From: a bacterium
Lineage (GTDB): Bacteria; Methylomirabilota; Methylomirabilia; CAVQYV01
Assembly: GCA_043800755.1 (NCBI GenBank)
Contig: JAZDMQ010000114.1
Location: 1-54,531 of the forward strand
Direction of reading: 5' to 3'
Length of the DNA stretch: 54,531 bases
Below the pieces are notes generated by a model. The model was given only the letters and a program-made list of their open reading frames with translations. It was not told the DNA's origin and did no database searches. Positions within the stretch are counted from its first letter, which is position 1; each line of letters begins with the position of its first letter. Positions 8,457-18,361 of the stretch are shown one piece after another. The position numbers and the translations under genes were made by a program.

Positions 8457-10132
8457 GCGATCTTGCTGCCGATAAATCAGATTCCATCTCCATCATCCCC
8501 TTGGGAGGGGTGGGGGAGATCGGGTTGAACATGACGGTCCTGAGGTCGGGCCAGGACCTCCTGCTCATCGATGCCGGCCTCATGTTCCCGGAAGAGCAGA
8601 TGCTGGGGATCGATCTGGTGATCCCTGATATCAGCTATCTGCTGGAGAACCGGGAGCAGATTCGGGGCATCATCCTCACCCACGGACATGAGGACCACAC
8701 CGGGGCTGTGCCCTTCATCGTGAGGGAGATCCAGGCCCCCATCTATGGGACGGCCCTCACCCTGGGCCTGCTGGGGGAGAAGCTACAGGAGGCAGGCCAA
8801 TTGGAGAGGGTCGATCTGCGCCGCATCAGGCCCCGGGACCACATCACCCTGGGCAGCATGGTGGTGGAGTTCATTCGGGTCTCTCACAGCATCGCGGATG
8901 GGGTGGGACTGGCGATCCAGACCCCGGCCGGCCTGGTGGTGCACACCGGGGATTTCAAGCTCGATCAGACCCCGGTGGATGGGGAAGTGACCGATCTGCC
9001 TCGCTTCGCGGATCTGGGGGAGCAGGGCGTCCTGGTGCTGCTTTCCGATTCCACCAATGCCGATCAGGAGGGCGCTACCCCCTCCGAGAGAGTGGTGGGA
9101 GAGGCCTTCGAGAATATCTTTCGCCACGCGAAGCGGAGGATCATCCTCGCCTGCTTCGCTTCTAACATCCACCGCATCCAGCAGGTCTTCAATGTAGCCG
9201 CCCGGCTGGGAAAGAAGGTGGCAGTCAATGGAAAGAGCATGGTGGCCAATGTGCGGATCGCCTCGGAATTGGGGTATCTGCACATTCCTGATGGATCGCT
9301 GGTGAGGTTGGAGGAGATCAGGGATCTCCCCCCGGAAAGGGTGCTGATCCTGACCACCGGCAGCCAAGGGGAGCCCTTGTCCGCCATCTCCCGCATGGCC
9401 ATGGGGGAGCACAAGCAGATCCAGGTCCAAGAGGGGGATACGGTCATCATCTCGGCCAAGGTCATCCCGGGAAACGAGAAATCCATTGCCCGCACTATCA
9501 ACCACCTCTTCAAGCGCGGGGCGGAGGTCATCTACCAGGAGATAGCCTCCATTCATGTCTCCGGCCATCCGGCGAGGGAGGAGCTGAAGCTGATGCTCAA
9601 TCTGGTGCGCCCCCGCTTCTTCGTTCCGATCCACGGTGAATATCGCCACCTTCACTTCCATGCGGACCTGGCGGAGGAGGTGGGGATTCCACGGGATCAC
9701 ATCTTCCTCCCGGAGAATGGGGATGTCCTGGAGTTCGGACCCGAATTCGGTCGCTTCGCTGGCAAGGTGACGGCAGGCAGGGTGTTGGTGGACGGGAAAG
9801 GGATCGGCGATGTGGGGGAAACGGTGCTGCGAGACCGCCAGCATCTCTCCCAGGATGGGATCGTGATCGTGATCTTGGGCTTTGACAAGCAAACCGGGGC
9901 GGTGGTCTGCGGGCCGGAGATCGTCTCCCGTGGCTTCGTTTATCACAAGGAGTCGGATGAATTGCTGGAAGCGGCCAAGCAGCTGGTCCTCACGGTGCTG
10001 GAGGGCTGCAGCCAGGAAGAGAAGAGTGAGATGGAGTTCATCAAACCCCGGATCCGGAATGTATTGCGAAAATTTTTGTATCGTGAGATAAAAAGACGGC
10101 CCATGATCCTGCCAGTCATCATGGAGGTGTAA
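8453..10132 (+). CDS. rnj: Ribonuclease J
   Basis: IIPLGGVGEIGLN, THGHEDH, HVSGH, PIHGE; probable TTG start overlapping the lon stop. Confidence 0.95.
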   Translation: MSDLAADKSDSISIIPLGGVGEIGLNMTVLRSGQDLLLIDAGLMFPEEQMLGIDLVIPDISYLLENREQIRGIILTHGHEDHTGAVPFIVREIQAPIYGTALTLGLLGEKLQEAGQLERVDLRRIRPRDHITLGSMVVEFIRVSHSIADGVGLAIQTPAGLVVHTGDFKLDQTPVDGEVTDLPRFADLGEQGVLVLLSDSTNADQEGATPSERVVGEAFENIFRHAKRRIILACFASNIHRIQQVFNVAARLGKKVAVNGKSMVANVRIASELGYLHIPDGSLVRLEEIRDLPPERVLILTTGSQGEPLSAISRMAMGEHKQIQVQEGDTVIISAKVIPGNEKSIARTINHLFKRGAEVIYQEIASIHVSGHPAREELKLMLNLVRPRFFVPIHGEYRHLHFHADLAEEVGIPRDHIFLPENGDVLEFGPEFGRFAGKVTAGRVLVDGKGIGDVGETVLRDRQHLSQDGIVIVILGFDKQTGAVVCGPEIVSRGFVYHKESDELLEAAKQLVLTVLEGCSQEEKSEMEFIKPRIRNVLRKFLYREIKRRPMILPVIMEV

Positions 10133-10139
10133 TCTATCC

Positions 10140-12368
10140 GTGGATTTTAGGGAAGCCTTGCTGAAATTCCTGGGGCACCCCAAGTCCAAAGAGGTCTTTG
10201 GCATCCTGCTCATGGCCTTAGCCATCCTCCTGATGGCCAGCCTGGTCTCCTTCGATGCCTCAGACCCCTCCTTCTTTCATTTCCGAGGAGATTCCCTGAC
10301 CCCGGTGAAGAACCTGGGCGGGAGGTTGGGCTCTCATCTGGCCGGGGATCTCTTGGAGCTGATCGGGCTCTGCTCCATACTCCTCCCCCTTGCCCTCTTT
10401 TCTTTAGGCTGGATTGTCTTCCGGCGCGAGCGCGTTGCCCTCTGGGGGCTGAAGCTGGCCGGCCTGGCCCTCTTGCTGGTTTGCCTCAGCCTATTGAGCA
10501 ACCTGCTCTGGGCCTCGGTCCACCTTGATGGATTCCGCCTGGAACGGGCAGGAGGGCTGTTGGGCCAGGGGTTCGCAGGTCTCCTGTTACCCTCTCTGGG
10601 GAAGTTTGGACTCTACCTCTGCACCCTGACGGGAATGCTCATTGCCCTCATCCTCCTTTCGCAGCAATCCCTCCCGCAGTTGACCACCTCCATCCTGGGG
10701 ACGACCGGCAGGCTGAGGGGAAGACTGGCCGAGATCTGGAAGAGGGTTGGAGGAAGGAAAGAAGAGGCGTCTGAGCAATTCAGAGAGTGGAAAACTTTTA
10801 GAAAATCTGCTAGGATAGAAGCACCGCAGCCTTCGGCGCAGGTAGAGCCAGACGGCCCATCGCCCCCGGATCCGGAATTGGAGGAGGCAGGGGTGGAGGG
10901 ACCAATCCATGCCCCGGCCTTCGGTTATCGGCCCCCTCCCTTGCCCCTGTTTCAGGATCCTCCCTTGGGAGAGCCCACCACCACCCCGGAAGAGCTTTCT
11001 TCCAATTCCGCCATCCTGGAACAGAAGCTATTGGACTTCGGGGTGGAGGGCAAGGTCACCGAGGTGCACCCGGGCCCGGTCATCACCCGCTATGAGCTGG
11101 AGCCGGCCCCGGGGATCAAGGTGAACCGGATCGTCAATCTGGCAGACGATCTGGCATTGGCCCTCAAGGCCCTCAGCGTCAGGGTGATCGCCCCCATCCC
11201 GGGCAAGGCGGTGGTGGGGGTGGAGATCCCCAACCAGAATCGGGCCATCGTCTATATCAAAGAGGTCCTCGTCTCCTCCCAATTTCAAAACTCCCCTTCT
11301 TTCCTTACCCTGGCCCTGGGCAAGGATATTGCGGGATTCCCCTACGTGGTGGATCTGGCGCAGATGCCCCATCTGCTCATCGCCGGGGCGACCGGCGCAG
11401 GGAAGAGCGTCTGCATCAATTCCCTGATTGTCAGCATGGTGTGCAAGGCCTCGCCCGATCAGGTCAAGTTGTTGCTGATTGATCCCAAGATGGTAGAGCT
11501 CTCGGCCTATAACGGCCTTCCTCATCTGGCCGATCGTGTCATCAGCGATTCCAAAGAGGCCTCCAAGAAGCTGGTGCAGCTAGTGTCGCACATGGAGGAG
11601 AGATATCGCCTCCTGGCGGCCAAGGGGGTGAGGAATATTACCGCCTACAACCGCCTGGCGGAGGAGGAGGCTGAGGCCCAGGGGATCGAGGGCGCCGCGC
11701 CTTGTCCTTTGCCTTTTCTGGTGGTGATCATCGATGAGCTGGCCGATCTGATGATGACCGCGTCCGCCGAGGTGGAGACCGCGGTCACCCGCCTGGCCCA
11801 AATGGCCCGGGGGGTGGGAATCCATTTGATTCTCGCGACCCAGAGGCCCTCGGTAGATGTCATTACCGGCCTCATCAAGGCCAACTTCCCTGCTCGCATC
11901 TCCTTCCAGGTCTCCTCCAAGACCGACTCTCGTACCATCCTCGATATGAACGGGGCCGAGCAGCTCCTGGGGAACGGGGATATGCTCTATCTGCCGGCGG
12001 GGAGCTCCAAGCCGGTTCGCATCCATGGATGCTACATCTCCGAGGGGGAGATCGAGGGGGTGGTCAGCCACTTGACCCACGATATTGGGCCTTGGAGGAG
12101 GTTGGCCCTCTTTGAAAGGGAGGCGGAGGCCCGGGAGCTCTCCGGGGAGGAAGTGGATGAACTCTACCGCCAGGCCGTGGACCTGGTGGTCACAACCCGG
12201 CAGGCATCCATTTCGATGATTCAGAGGAGGCTGAGGGTGGGATATAATCGAGCGGCCCGGATGATTGAGCAGATGGAGGAGGAGGGCATCGTCTCTCCCA
12301 TGGAATCGGGCAAGCCGAGAGAGGTATTGAGAGAGAGAGGAGAGAGGCAATGGCCAGAACGGGGCTGA
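10140..12368 (+). CDS. ftsK: DNA translocase FtsK
   Basis: N-terminal TM region, AGATGAGKS, IIDELADLM, gamma domain QRRLRVGYNRAAR. Confidence 0.96.
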   Translation: MDFREALLKFLGHPKSKEVFGILLMALAILLMASLVSFDASDPSFFHFRGDSLTPVKNLGGRLGSHLAGDLLELIGLCSILLPLALFSLGWIVFRRERVALWGLKLAGLALLLVCLSLLSNLLWASVHLDGFRLERAGGLLGQGFAGLLLPSLGKFGLYLCTLTGMLIALILLSQQSLPQLTTSILGTTGRLRGRLAEIWKRVGGRKEEASEQFREWKTFRKSARIEAPQPSAQVEPDGPSPPDPELEEAGVEGPIHAPAFGYRPPPLPLFQDPPLGEPTTTPEELSSNSAILEQKLLDFGVEGKVTEVHPGPVITRYELEPAPGIKVNRIVNLADDLALALKALSVRVIAPIPGKAVVGVEIPNQNRAIVYIKEVLVSSQFQNSPSFLTLALGKDIAGFPYVVDLAQMPHLLIAGATGAGKSVCINSLIVSMVCKASPDQVKLLLIDPKMVELSAYNGLPHLADRVISDSKEASKKLVQLVSHMEERYRLLAAKGVRNITAYNRLAEEEAEAQGIEGAAPCPLPFLVVIIDELADLMMTASAEVETAVTRLAQMARGVGIHLILATQRPSVDVITGLIKANFPARISFQVSSKTDSRTILDMNGAEQLLGNGDMLYLPAGSSKPVRIHGCYISEGEIEGVVSHLTHDIGPWRRLALFEREAEARELSGEEVDELYRQAVDLVVTTRQASISMIQRRLRVGYNRAARMIEQMEEEGIVSPMESGKPREVLRERGERQWPERG

Positions 12369-13102
12369 AGATGGATCCCGAACGCAATTCCCGCCGCTGG
12401 CAGCGTGGCCTCGGGAGTGGCAAGGCCAGGTGGAGCCTGATCTGTCTCTGGGCCTTGCTCCCCCTCCTTTTGGTGCCGGATGTCCAGGCAGGCCCTCCCG
12501 ACCTGGAGGAAGTGATCTCTCGCATCCAGGCCACCTATGATGGGATTCAGGACTTATCGGCCCGGTTTCATCAGATCTCCTCACTCAAGTCCTCTGGAGG
12601 CAAGGAGGAGAGCAGCGGATTGGTCCTGATGAAAAGGCCGGGAAGGATGCGCTGGGAATACAAGAGCCCGGAATCGAGGTTGATCGTCTCTGACGGCAAG
12701 GTCCTCACCCTCTATACCCCGGCCGATCGTCAGGTCATCCTCCAGGAGGTATCGCAGGCCCTCAGCTCTTCCGCGATCAATCTCCTCACCGGGATGGGCA
12801 GACTCCGGGAGGATTTCCAGATTCAATGGGGAAAGACGGAGGGGAAAGTCCGCAAAGGCAACCTGTTGTTGGAGTTGAAACCGATCAAATCCCAGGGCCA
12901 GTTCGAGCAGATCTTGCTGGAGGTTCATCCTGAAACCTTCATGGTGGAGCGGATGGTGCTGAAGGACACCTATGCCAATATCACCACCCTGGGCTTCAAA
13001 AAGGTGAAGACCAACACCGGCCTCGATGATAGCCTCTTTACCTTTGTGCCTCCCCCCGGGACGGAGGTCATCAAAGGCTTCCCGGGGAGGAAGAGGCCCT
13101 GA
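12350..13102 (+). CDS. lolA: Outer-membrane lipoprotein carrier LolA
   Basis: Signal peptide, RPGRMRWEY, FTFVPPPG; canonical position after ftsK. Start uncertain. Confidence 0.88.
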   Translation: MARTGLKMDPERNSRRWQRGLGSGKARWSLICLWALLPLLLVPDVQAGPPDLEEVISRIQATYDGIQDLSARFHQISSLKSSGGKEESSGLVLMKRPGRMRWEYKSPESRLIVSDGKVLTLYTPADRQVILQEVSQALSSSAINLLTGMGRLREDFQIQWGKTEGKVRKGNLLLELKPIKSQGQFEQILLEVHPETFMVERMVLKDTYANITTLGFKKVKTNTGLDDSLFTFVPPPGTEVIKGFPGRKRP

Positions 13103-13126
13103 AGTAGCCGAGGGAAAGGAGCAGCC

Positions 13127-14677
13127 TTGAGCCCAAATCAGAGACATAATGATGAGATCACGCTGGCAGAGAGTTTGGAGAGGACGGCGAAGCGGCTTCC
13201 CCATCGCCCCGCCTTGATCTGGAAGAAGGAGAAGATCTCCTTTTCCACCCTCTGGGAGCGCGTCAAGCAGGTGGGAAGGGGGCTTGCTGACCTGGGGATT
13301 AAGCCGGGAGATCGGGTGGGCATCTTGTTGCCCAATTGTCCTGAATATATCTATTCCTATTATGCCATCAATCGCATCGGTGGCGTGGTGGTGCCGATCA
13401 ACAACTTCTTGAAGGGGGCGGAGGTCAGCTATATCCTCGCCGATTGTCAAGTCCACACTGTGATCACTACCTCCCCCGCTGCGCACTCCGTCCTGCCCCA
13501 TCGGGGGGATCTGAAAGACCTGAAGCATATCGTCCTGGTAGGGGAGGTGGATGAGGATCTAAGGGAGGCCTCGGTCCCCTTCTCCTCCCTGGAGGAAGTC
13601 CCCCCCTCGCCCGAGAAAGAACGGAGGTCTTCGCCCTCCGACCTGGCGGTGATCATCTATACCTCGGGGACGACCGGATGGCCCAAGGGGGCCATGCTGA
13701 GCAACAAGAATCTCATCTGCAATGTCGTCTCCTGCATGAAGGTGTTGGAGATCTTCCCCAAGGACCGATTCATCCTCTTCCTGCCCCTCTTCCACTCCTT
13801 CACCGCCACCGTCTGCATGCTCTTGCCCATCTACATGGGGTGTCTCGTCGTGCTCCTGGAGGCGGTGAACCGCAAGGATATCCGGCATGCCCTCACCCGC
13901 TACCGCGTGAGCCTCTTTGTCGCCGTCCCTGCCCTCTACAATGTGATGGCCCAGGCGAAGCTCTCATTTCTGGCCCGCTGGCTGAACCCGGTGCGGATCT
14001 ATGTCTCGGGAGGCGCCCCCCTGAGTATGGAGACCCTGGGCAAGATGGAGAAGGTCTATCGCCGTCCCCTGCTGGAGGGCTATGGCCTCTCCGAGGCATC
14101 ACCCGTGGTCTCGGTGAATCCCCTCGACCGGCCCAGGAAGGCAGGCTCGGTGGGCCTGCCGGTGCCGGGGGTGGAGGTGAAGGTGATCAATGGAGAGGAA
14201 CGAGAGCTTGGCCCGGGGGAGGTGGGAGAGCTCATCGTGCGCGGAGACAATGTAATGTCCGGTTATTATAACCAGCCGGAGGCGACGGCCCAGGCGATTC
14301 GGGGGAAATGGCTCTTCACCGGGGATATGGCCAGGATCGATGAGGCAGGATACATCTACATCGTGGACCGCAAGAAAGACATGCTCATCGTGCGCGGATG
14401 CAACGTCTACCCCCGGGAGGTAGAGGAGGTGCTCTATTCTCATCCCAAGGTGGCCGAGGCGGCGGTGATCGGGATGATGGATCGCCATCGCGGAGAGGTT
14501 CCCAAGGCCTACATCGTGCTCAAGGAAGGCATGACCGCGGACGAGAAGGAGATCAAGCGGTACTGCATGGAGCGACTGGCTCGATACAAGATTCCCCGGG
14601 TAGTGGAGTTTCGCAACTCCCTCCCCATGACGCCGACGGGAAAGGTGCTCAAACGGGAACTGAAGAGCGAGGGGTAG
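13127..14677 (+). CDS. Long-chain-fatty-acid--CoA ligase
   Basis: YTSGTTGWPKG, EGYGLSE, TGD, GKVLKR. Confidence 0.92.
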   Translation: MSPNQRHNDEITLAESLERTAKRLPHRPALIWKKEKISFSTLWERVKQVGRGLADLGIKPGDRVGILLPNCPEYIYSYYAINRIGGVVVPINNFLKGAEVSYILADCQVHTVITTSPAAHSVLPHRGDLKDLKHIVLVGEVDEDLREASVPFSSLEEVPPSPEKERRSSPSDLAVIIYTSGTTGWPKGAMLSNKNLICNVVSCMKVLEIFPKDRFILFLPLFHSFTATVCMLLPIYMGCLVVLLEAVNRKDIRHALTRYRVSLFVAVPALYNVMAQAKLSFLARWLNPVRIYVSGGAPLSMETLGKMEKVYRRPLLEGYGLSEASPVVSVNPLDRPRKAGSVGLPVPGVEVKVINGEERELGPGEVGELIVRGDNVMSGYYNQPEATAQAIRGKWLFTGDMARIDEAGYIYIVDRKKDMLIVRGCNVYPREVEEVLYSHPKVAEAAVIGMMDRHRGEVPKAYIVLKEGMTADEKEIKRYCMERLARYKIPRVVEFRNSLPMTPTGKVLKRELKSEG

Positions 14678-14705
14678 ATTCGGCCCAGGGAGAGGGGGGG
14701 TTGCC

Positions 14706-15061
14706 ATGAAGAGGGGGGTGACAAAGACTGGGCCGGGCCTGGTCATTTTACTGGTCCTCCTTTTCGTGATCCCGCAAGCGGGCAGGGCGGCCGAGGTGAT
14801 CCTCAAGGATTATGAGGATTACTTCATCGTCACCGACGCCTACAGCCCTTGGGAGCCCACCCGTTGGGGAAAGATCAAGAACATCAGCAGCTGGCATCGG
14901 GGCAATGTGACGATTATCGTCGAGCCCTATGGTGCAGAAGATCGGAAGATGGCCCCCCAAGTCATCGAGATTGGATTAATGGGCGTGAACGCGAGGAGGA
15001 TTTCCGCTGGCATCCCCCCCTGGGCATGAAGCATTACCGGTATCTCATCAAGGGAAATTGA
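14706..15061 (+). pseudogene. Small secreted protein (FxLYD-like), probably frameshifted near 14991
   Basis: Signal peptide, then GKIKNIS..NVTIIVEPY..IEIGLM. The natural-looking continuation EEDFRWHPPLGMKHYRYLIKGN* is in another frame ending at 15061; the in-frame ORF stops at 15029. Confidence 0.5.
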
Positions 15062-15087
15062 GAGGAGGGAGGCCAAGAGGTGCGGCC

Positions 15088-16422
15088 ATGAAGGTGGGGG
15101 TGGTCAGCCTGGGTTGCCCCAAGAATCTGGTGGACACGGAGAGGTTGCTGGGCCTGTTGGGGAGGGCTGGGCATACCATTACTCCCCATGCCGAAGAGGC
15201 CGACCTGCTGCTGGTCAATACCTGCGCCTTTATCCAATCTGCCCAGGAGGAATCCATCGAGACCATCTTGGAGATGGCGCGCTACAAGGAAGATGGCCGC
15301 TGCAAGGCCCTGGTCGTTTTTGGCTGCCTACCTCAGCGCTTCGGTCCGGAACTGGCGGCCCAGCTGCCGGAGGTGGATGCTTGGGCAGGAGCCAACCAGG
15401 TGGCGAAGGCCTTTGAGGCCTGCAAGGCGGCACTGGCTAAAGATGGTGGATCCGACAGGCAACCCTTCACCTCCTGGGGCGCGGATCCGGCCGAGCCCTT
15501 TCCCCGCCTGCTCTGCACGCCTTCCCACTATGCCTATCTGAAGATCGCCGAGGGATGCAGGAACCACTGTGCCTATTGTGTCATCCCCTCCCTTCGGGGA
15601 GACTTGCGAAGCCAGCCCCTGTCTGTCCTCCTGGCCGAGGCGGAGGAATTGGCCGAAAAAGGCGTCCAGGAGCTCATTCTGGTGGCCCAGGACCTGGGAA
15701 ACTACGGGAGGGACCTGAACCCGCAGGTGCCGCTGGTTAGGCTGTTGGAGGGGCTTTGCCGAATAGAAGGCCTGGAATGGATCCGGTTGCTCTACATGCA
15801 CCCGGCCCATGTCCCGGAGGAGCTGTCTCTCGCCATGGCGTCAGAGCCCAAGATCTGTCCCTACCTGGATCTTCCCCTTCAGCACATCGACGACCAGATC
15901 CTCAAGGGGATGCATCGCGGCGTAACCTCGGACCAGATCCGCCGTCTGATCGAGGGGTTGAGATCCTCTATCCCTCAGCTGAGCCTGCGAACGACGGTGC
16001 TGGTGGGATTTCCGGGGGAGGGAGAGGCCGAATTCTCTGCCCTGCTCGACTTCATTGAAGAGGCCAAGTTCGATCATCTGGGGGTCTTTGCCTATTCGAG
16101 AGAGGAGGGAACGCCCGCGGCTCGCATGAAGGCCCAGGTTCCCCAGGGGGTGAAAGCGGGGCGAGTGCAACAGGTCATGGAGGCCCAGGCGGCCATCTCC
16201 CGGGAGAAAAACCGGGCACTGGTGGGGAGTTGCCAAAGAGTGCTGATCGACGAGGAGAGCTCCGCCGCGACCCCCCTGGGGAAAGGGAGGACGAGCCGAC
16301 AGGCGCCAGAGATCGATGGGGTAGTCTATGTGAAGAATAGCAAGGAGGCTCGGGGCGAATGGGCGGAGGTGAAGATCATCGAGGCGGATACCTATGACCT
16401 GGTGGGAGAGTGCCTGGTCTGA
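15088..16422 (+). CDS. rimO: Ribosomal protein S12 methylthiotransferase
   Basis: SLGCPKNLVD, EGCRNHCAYC, APEIDG, TRAM C-terminus. Confidence 0.95.
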   Translation: MKVGVVSLGCPKNLVDTERLLGLLGRAGHTITPHAEEADLLLVNTCAFIQSAQEESIETILEMARYKEDGRCKALVVFGCLPQRFGPELAAQLPEVDAWAGANQVAKAFEACKAALAKDGGSDRQPFTSWGADPAEPFPRLLCTPSHYAYLKIAEGCRNHCAYCVIPSLRGDLRSQPLSVLLAEAEELAEKGVQELILVAQDLGNYGRDLNPQVPLVRLLEGLCRIEGLEWIRLLYMHPAHVPEELSLAMASEPKICPYLDLPLQHIDDQILKGMHRGVTSDQIRRLIEGLRSSIPQLSLRTTVLVGFPGEGEAEFSALLDFIEEAKFDHLGVFAYSREEGTPAARMKAQVPQGVKAGRVQQVMEAQAAISREKNRALVGSCQRVLIDEESSAATPLGKGRTSRQAPEIDGVVYVKNSKEARGEWAEVKIIEADTYDLVGECLV

Positions 16423-16438
16423 GTGGCAGGAGAAGCAG

Positions 16439-16933
16439 GTGGGAGAGCGAGAGCGCAGGGCCATCCCTAAGGGGATCCTTCCCCAATTCATCCTCTTCCT
16501 GGCCTCTGGCTTCCTTTCCGGGTTTGTTCCCTATCTTCCGGGGACGGCAGGGACCTTGGCTGCCCTGGCATGCTACGCGCTGCTCCTGCATCGCCTCTCC
16601 CCCGTGCCCTATGTGCTCCTTCTCCTGCTGCTCATTCCCCTGGGGTCAATGCTGTGTGGCAAGGCCGAGGGTTATCTGGACAAGCCGGATGCCGCCCCGA
16701 TTGTCCTGGATGAATTCGCGGGCTATCTGACCTCAGTGGCGCTGCTGCCCTATGGACCCTGGACCCTTTGGGGTGGCTTCTTCCTCTTCCGCCTCTTCGA
16801 TATCACCAAGCCCCCTCCCATACGGGACATCCAGTCCCTCAGGGGGGGATGGGGGGTGATGGCTGACGACCTCGTCGCCGGGGCCTATGCGAATTGCATC
16901 CTGAGGCTCCTCTTTTATGCGGCGGGAGGGTAA
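16439..16933 (+). CDS. pgpA: Phosphatidylglycerophosphatase A
   Basis: PGTAGT, IVLDEFAG, FRLFDITKP, GVMADDLVAG; GTG 16439 after AGGAG (alternative ATG 16394). Confidence 0.92.
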   Translation: MGERERRAIPKGILPQFILFLASGFLSGFVPYLPGTAGTLAALACYALLLHRLSPVPYVLLLLLLIPLGSMLCGKAEGYLDKPDAAPIVLDEFAGYLTSVALLPYGPWTLWGGFFLFRLFDITKPPPIRDIQSLRGGWGVMADDLVAGAYANCILRLLFYAAGG

Positions 16934-16957
16934 ACACTCGAGGTCAGGGGATTTGCT

Positions 16958-18235
16958 ATGTCTGCCGAGATTCTGATCATTGGCACTGAGATCTTGTTGG
17001 GGCAAATCGTAGACACCAACGCCGCCTTCATTGCGGAGCAACTGGCCGCTGCCGGGGTCGATGTCTATTTCAAGACGGTGGTGGGGGACAATGAGGGCCG
17101 GATCGAGACCGCATTACGCCAGGCCCTGGAGCGGTCGGACTTCGTCATTGCCGCCGGAGGACTGGGCCCCACCGAGGATGACCTCACCCGCAGCGTGTTT
17201 GCCCGGGTCCTGGGACGCCCCCTGATTTTGAACGAGGAGCTGTTGGAGAAAATCAGAAAACGCTTCGCCTCGCGCGGGCTGGCCATGACCCCCAACAATG
17301 AAAAGCAGGCCCTGGTTCCCCAGCGCGCCATCATCTTAGATAATCCCCGGGGAACGGCCCCGGGCCTCTTTATGAAGGGAGGAGCCAAGGGGGAGAAGGT
17401 GGTGGTGGCCATGCCCGGGGTGCCCTCCGAGATGAAGCCGATGCTGACCGACCAGGTGATCCCCCTGCTGCAAGAGCGGATGGGGAAGGTCTCCATCATC
17501 AAATCGCGGGTCATCAAGACCTGTGGCATTGGAGAATCCCGGGTAGACGACCTGATCGGGGACCTCTTCCGGGAATCCCGCAATCCCTCCCTCGCCCTTT
17601 TGGCTTACCCCTCAGAGGTGCATATCCGCATTACAGCCAAGGCCGAATCCAAGGAGGCTGCCGAGCGCATGATATCCGAGCTGGAGGGGCAGATCCGTGA
17701 GCGAGTGGGGGAGTGGATCTACGGCAGGGACCAGCAAAGCATGGAGGAGATCGTCGGCTTCTTGCTGGGTGTCCATGGCAAAACCCTCGTAGTTGCCGAA
17801 TCCTGCACTGGCGGCCTGGTCTGCAACCTCCTGACGAATATCCCGGGCAGCTCCCGCTACTTTGAGCGCGGGGTCATCTCCTATAGCAATCGGGCCAAGG
17901 AGGAGTTGTTGGAAGTCTCTCTCTTCGTCCTGGAGCGCTTCGGTGCCGTGAGCCCCCAGGTGGTGGAGGCCATGGCCTTAGGGGTCAGGCGGATGAGCGG
18001 CGCGGATCTCGGCCTGGCGGTGACTGGCATCGCAGGCCCGGAGGGAGGGAGCCCAGAGAAGCCGGTGGGCTTGGTCTATGTGGCCCTGGCCTGGGACGGT
18101 GGGGTGAAGAGCAGGGAGTATCGTTTCTTCGAGGGTCGACTGGCCAATAAGCGCCGCTCCTCCCTGATGGCCCTGGAGATGGTGAGGCGCCACCTGGTGG
18201 GGCTGCCCTTGGACGAGTCAGCCAGTCGCCGCTGA
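16958..18235 (+). CDS. cinA: Competence/damage-inducible protein CinA (NMN deamidase fusion)
   Basis: IGTEILLGQIVDTN, GGLGPTEDD, AESCTGG, TGIAGPEGG. Confidence 0.95.
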   Translation: MSAEILIIGTEILLGQIVDTNAAFIAEQLAAAGVDVYFKTVVGDNEGRIETALRQALERSDFVIAAGGLGPTEDDLTRSVFARVLGRPLILNEELLEKIRKRFASRGLAMTPNNEKQALVPQRAIILDNPRGTAPGLFMKGGAKGEKVVVAMPGVPSEMKPMLTDQVIPLLQERMGKVSIIKSRVIKTCGIGESRVDDLIGDLFRESRNPSLALLAYPSEVHIRITAKAESKEAAERMISELEGQIRERVGEWIYGRDQQSMEEIVGFLLGVHGKTLVVAESCTGGLVCNLLTNIPGSSRYFERGVISYSNRAKEELLEVSLFVLERFGAVSPQVVEAMALGVRRMSGADLGLAVTGIAGPEGGSPEKPVGLVYVALAWDGGVKSREYRFFEGRLANKRRSSLMALEMVRRHLVGLPLDESASRR

Positions 18236-18361
18236 GTCTTCGGACCGCAATCCCGGGGCGGGCGGGAGGTTTCCTCTGGGGGCCCCCAACCGACCCTTTC
18301 TGCAAGGAGGCCTCTTGAGTATCATCTTTTCGCGCATCGAGCTTCAGAAAGGAGAGAGATC

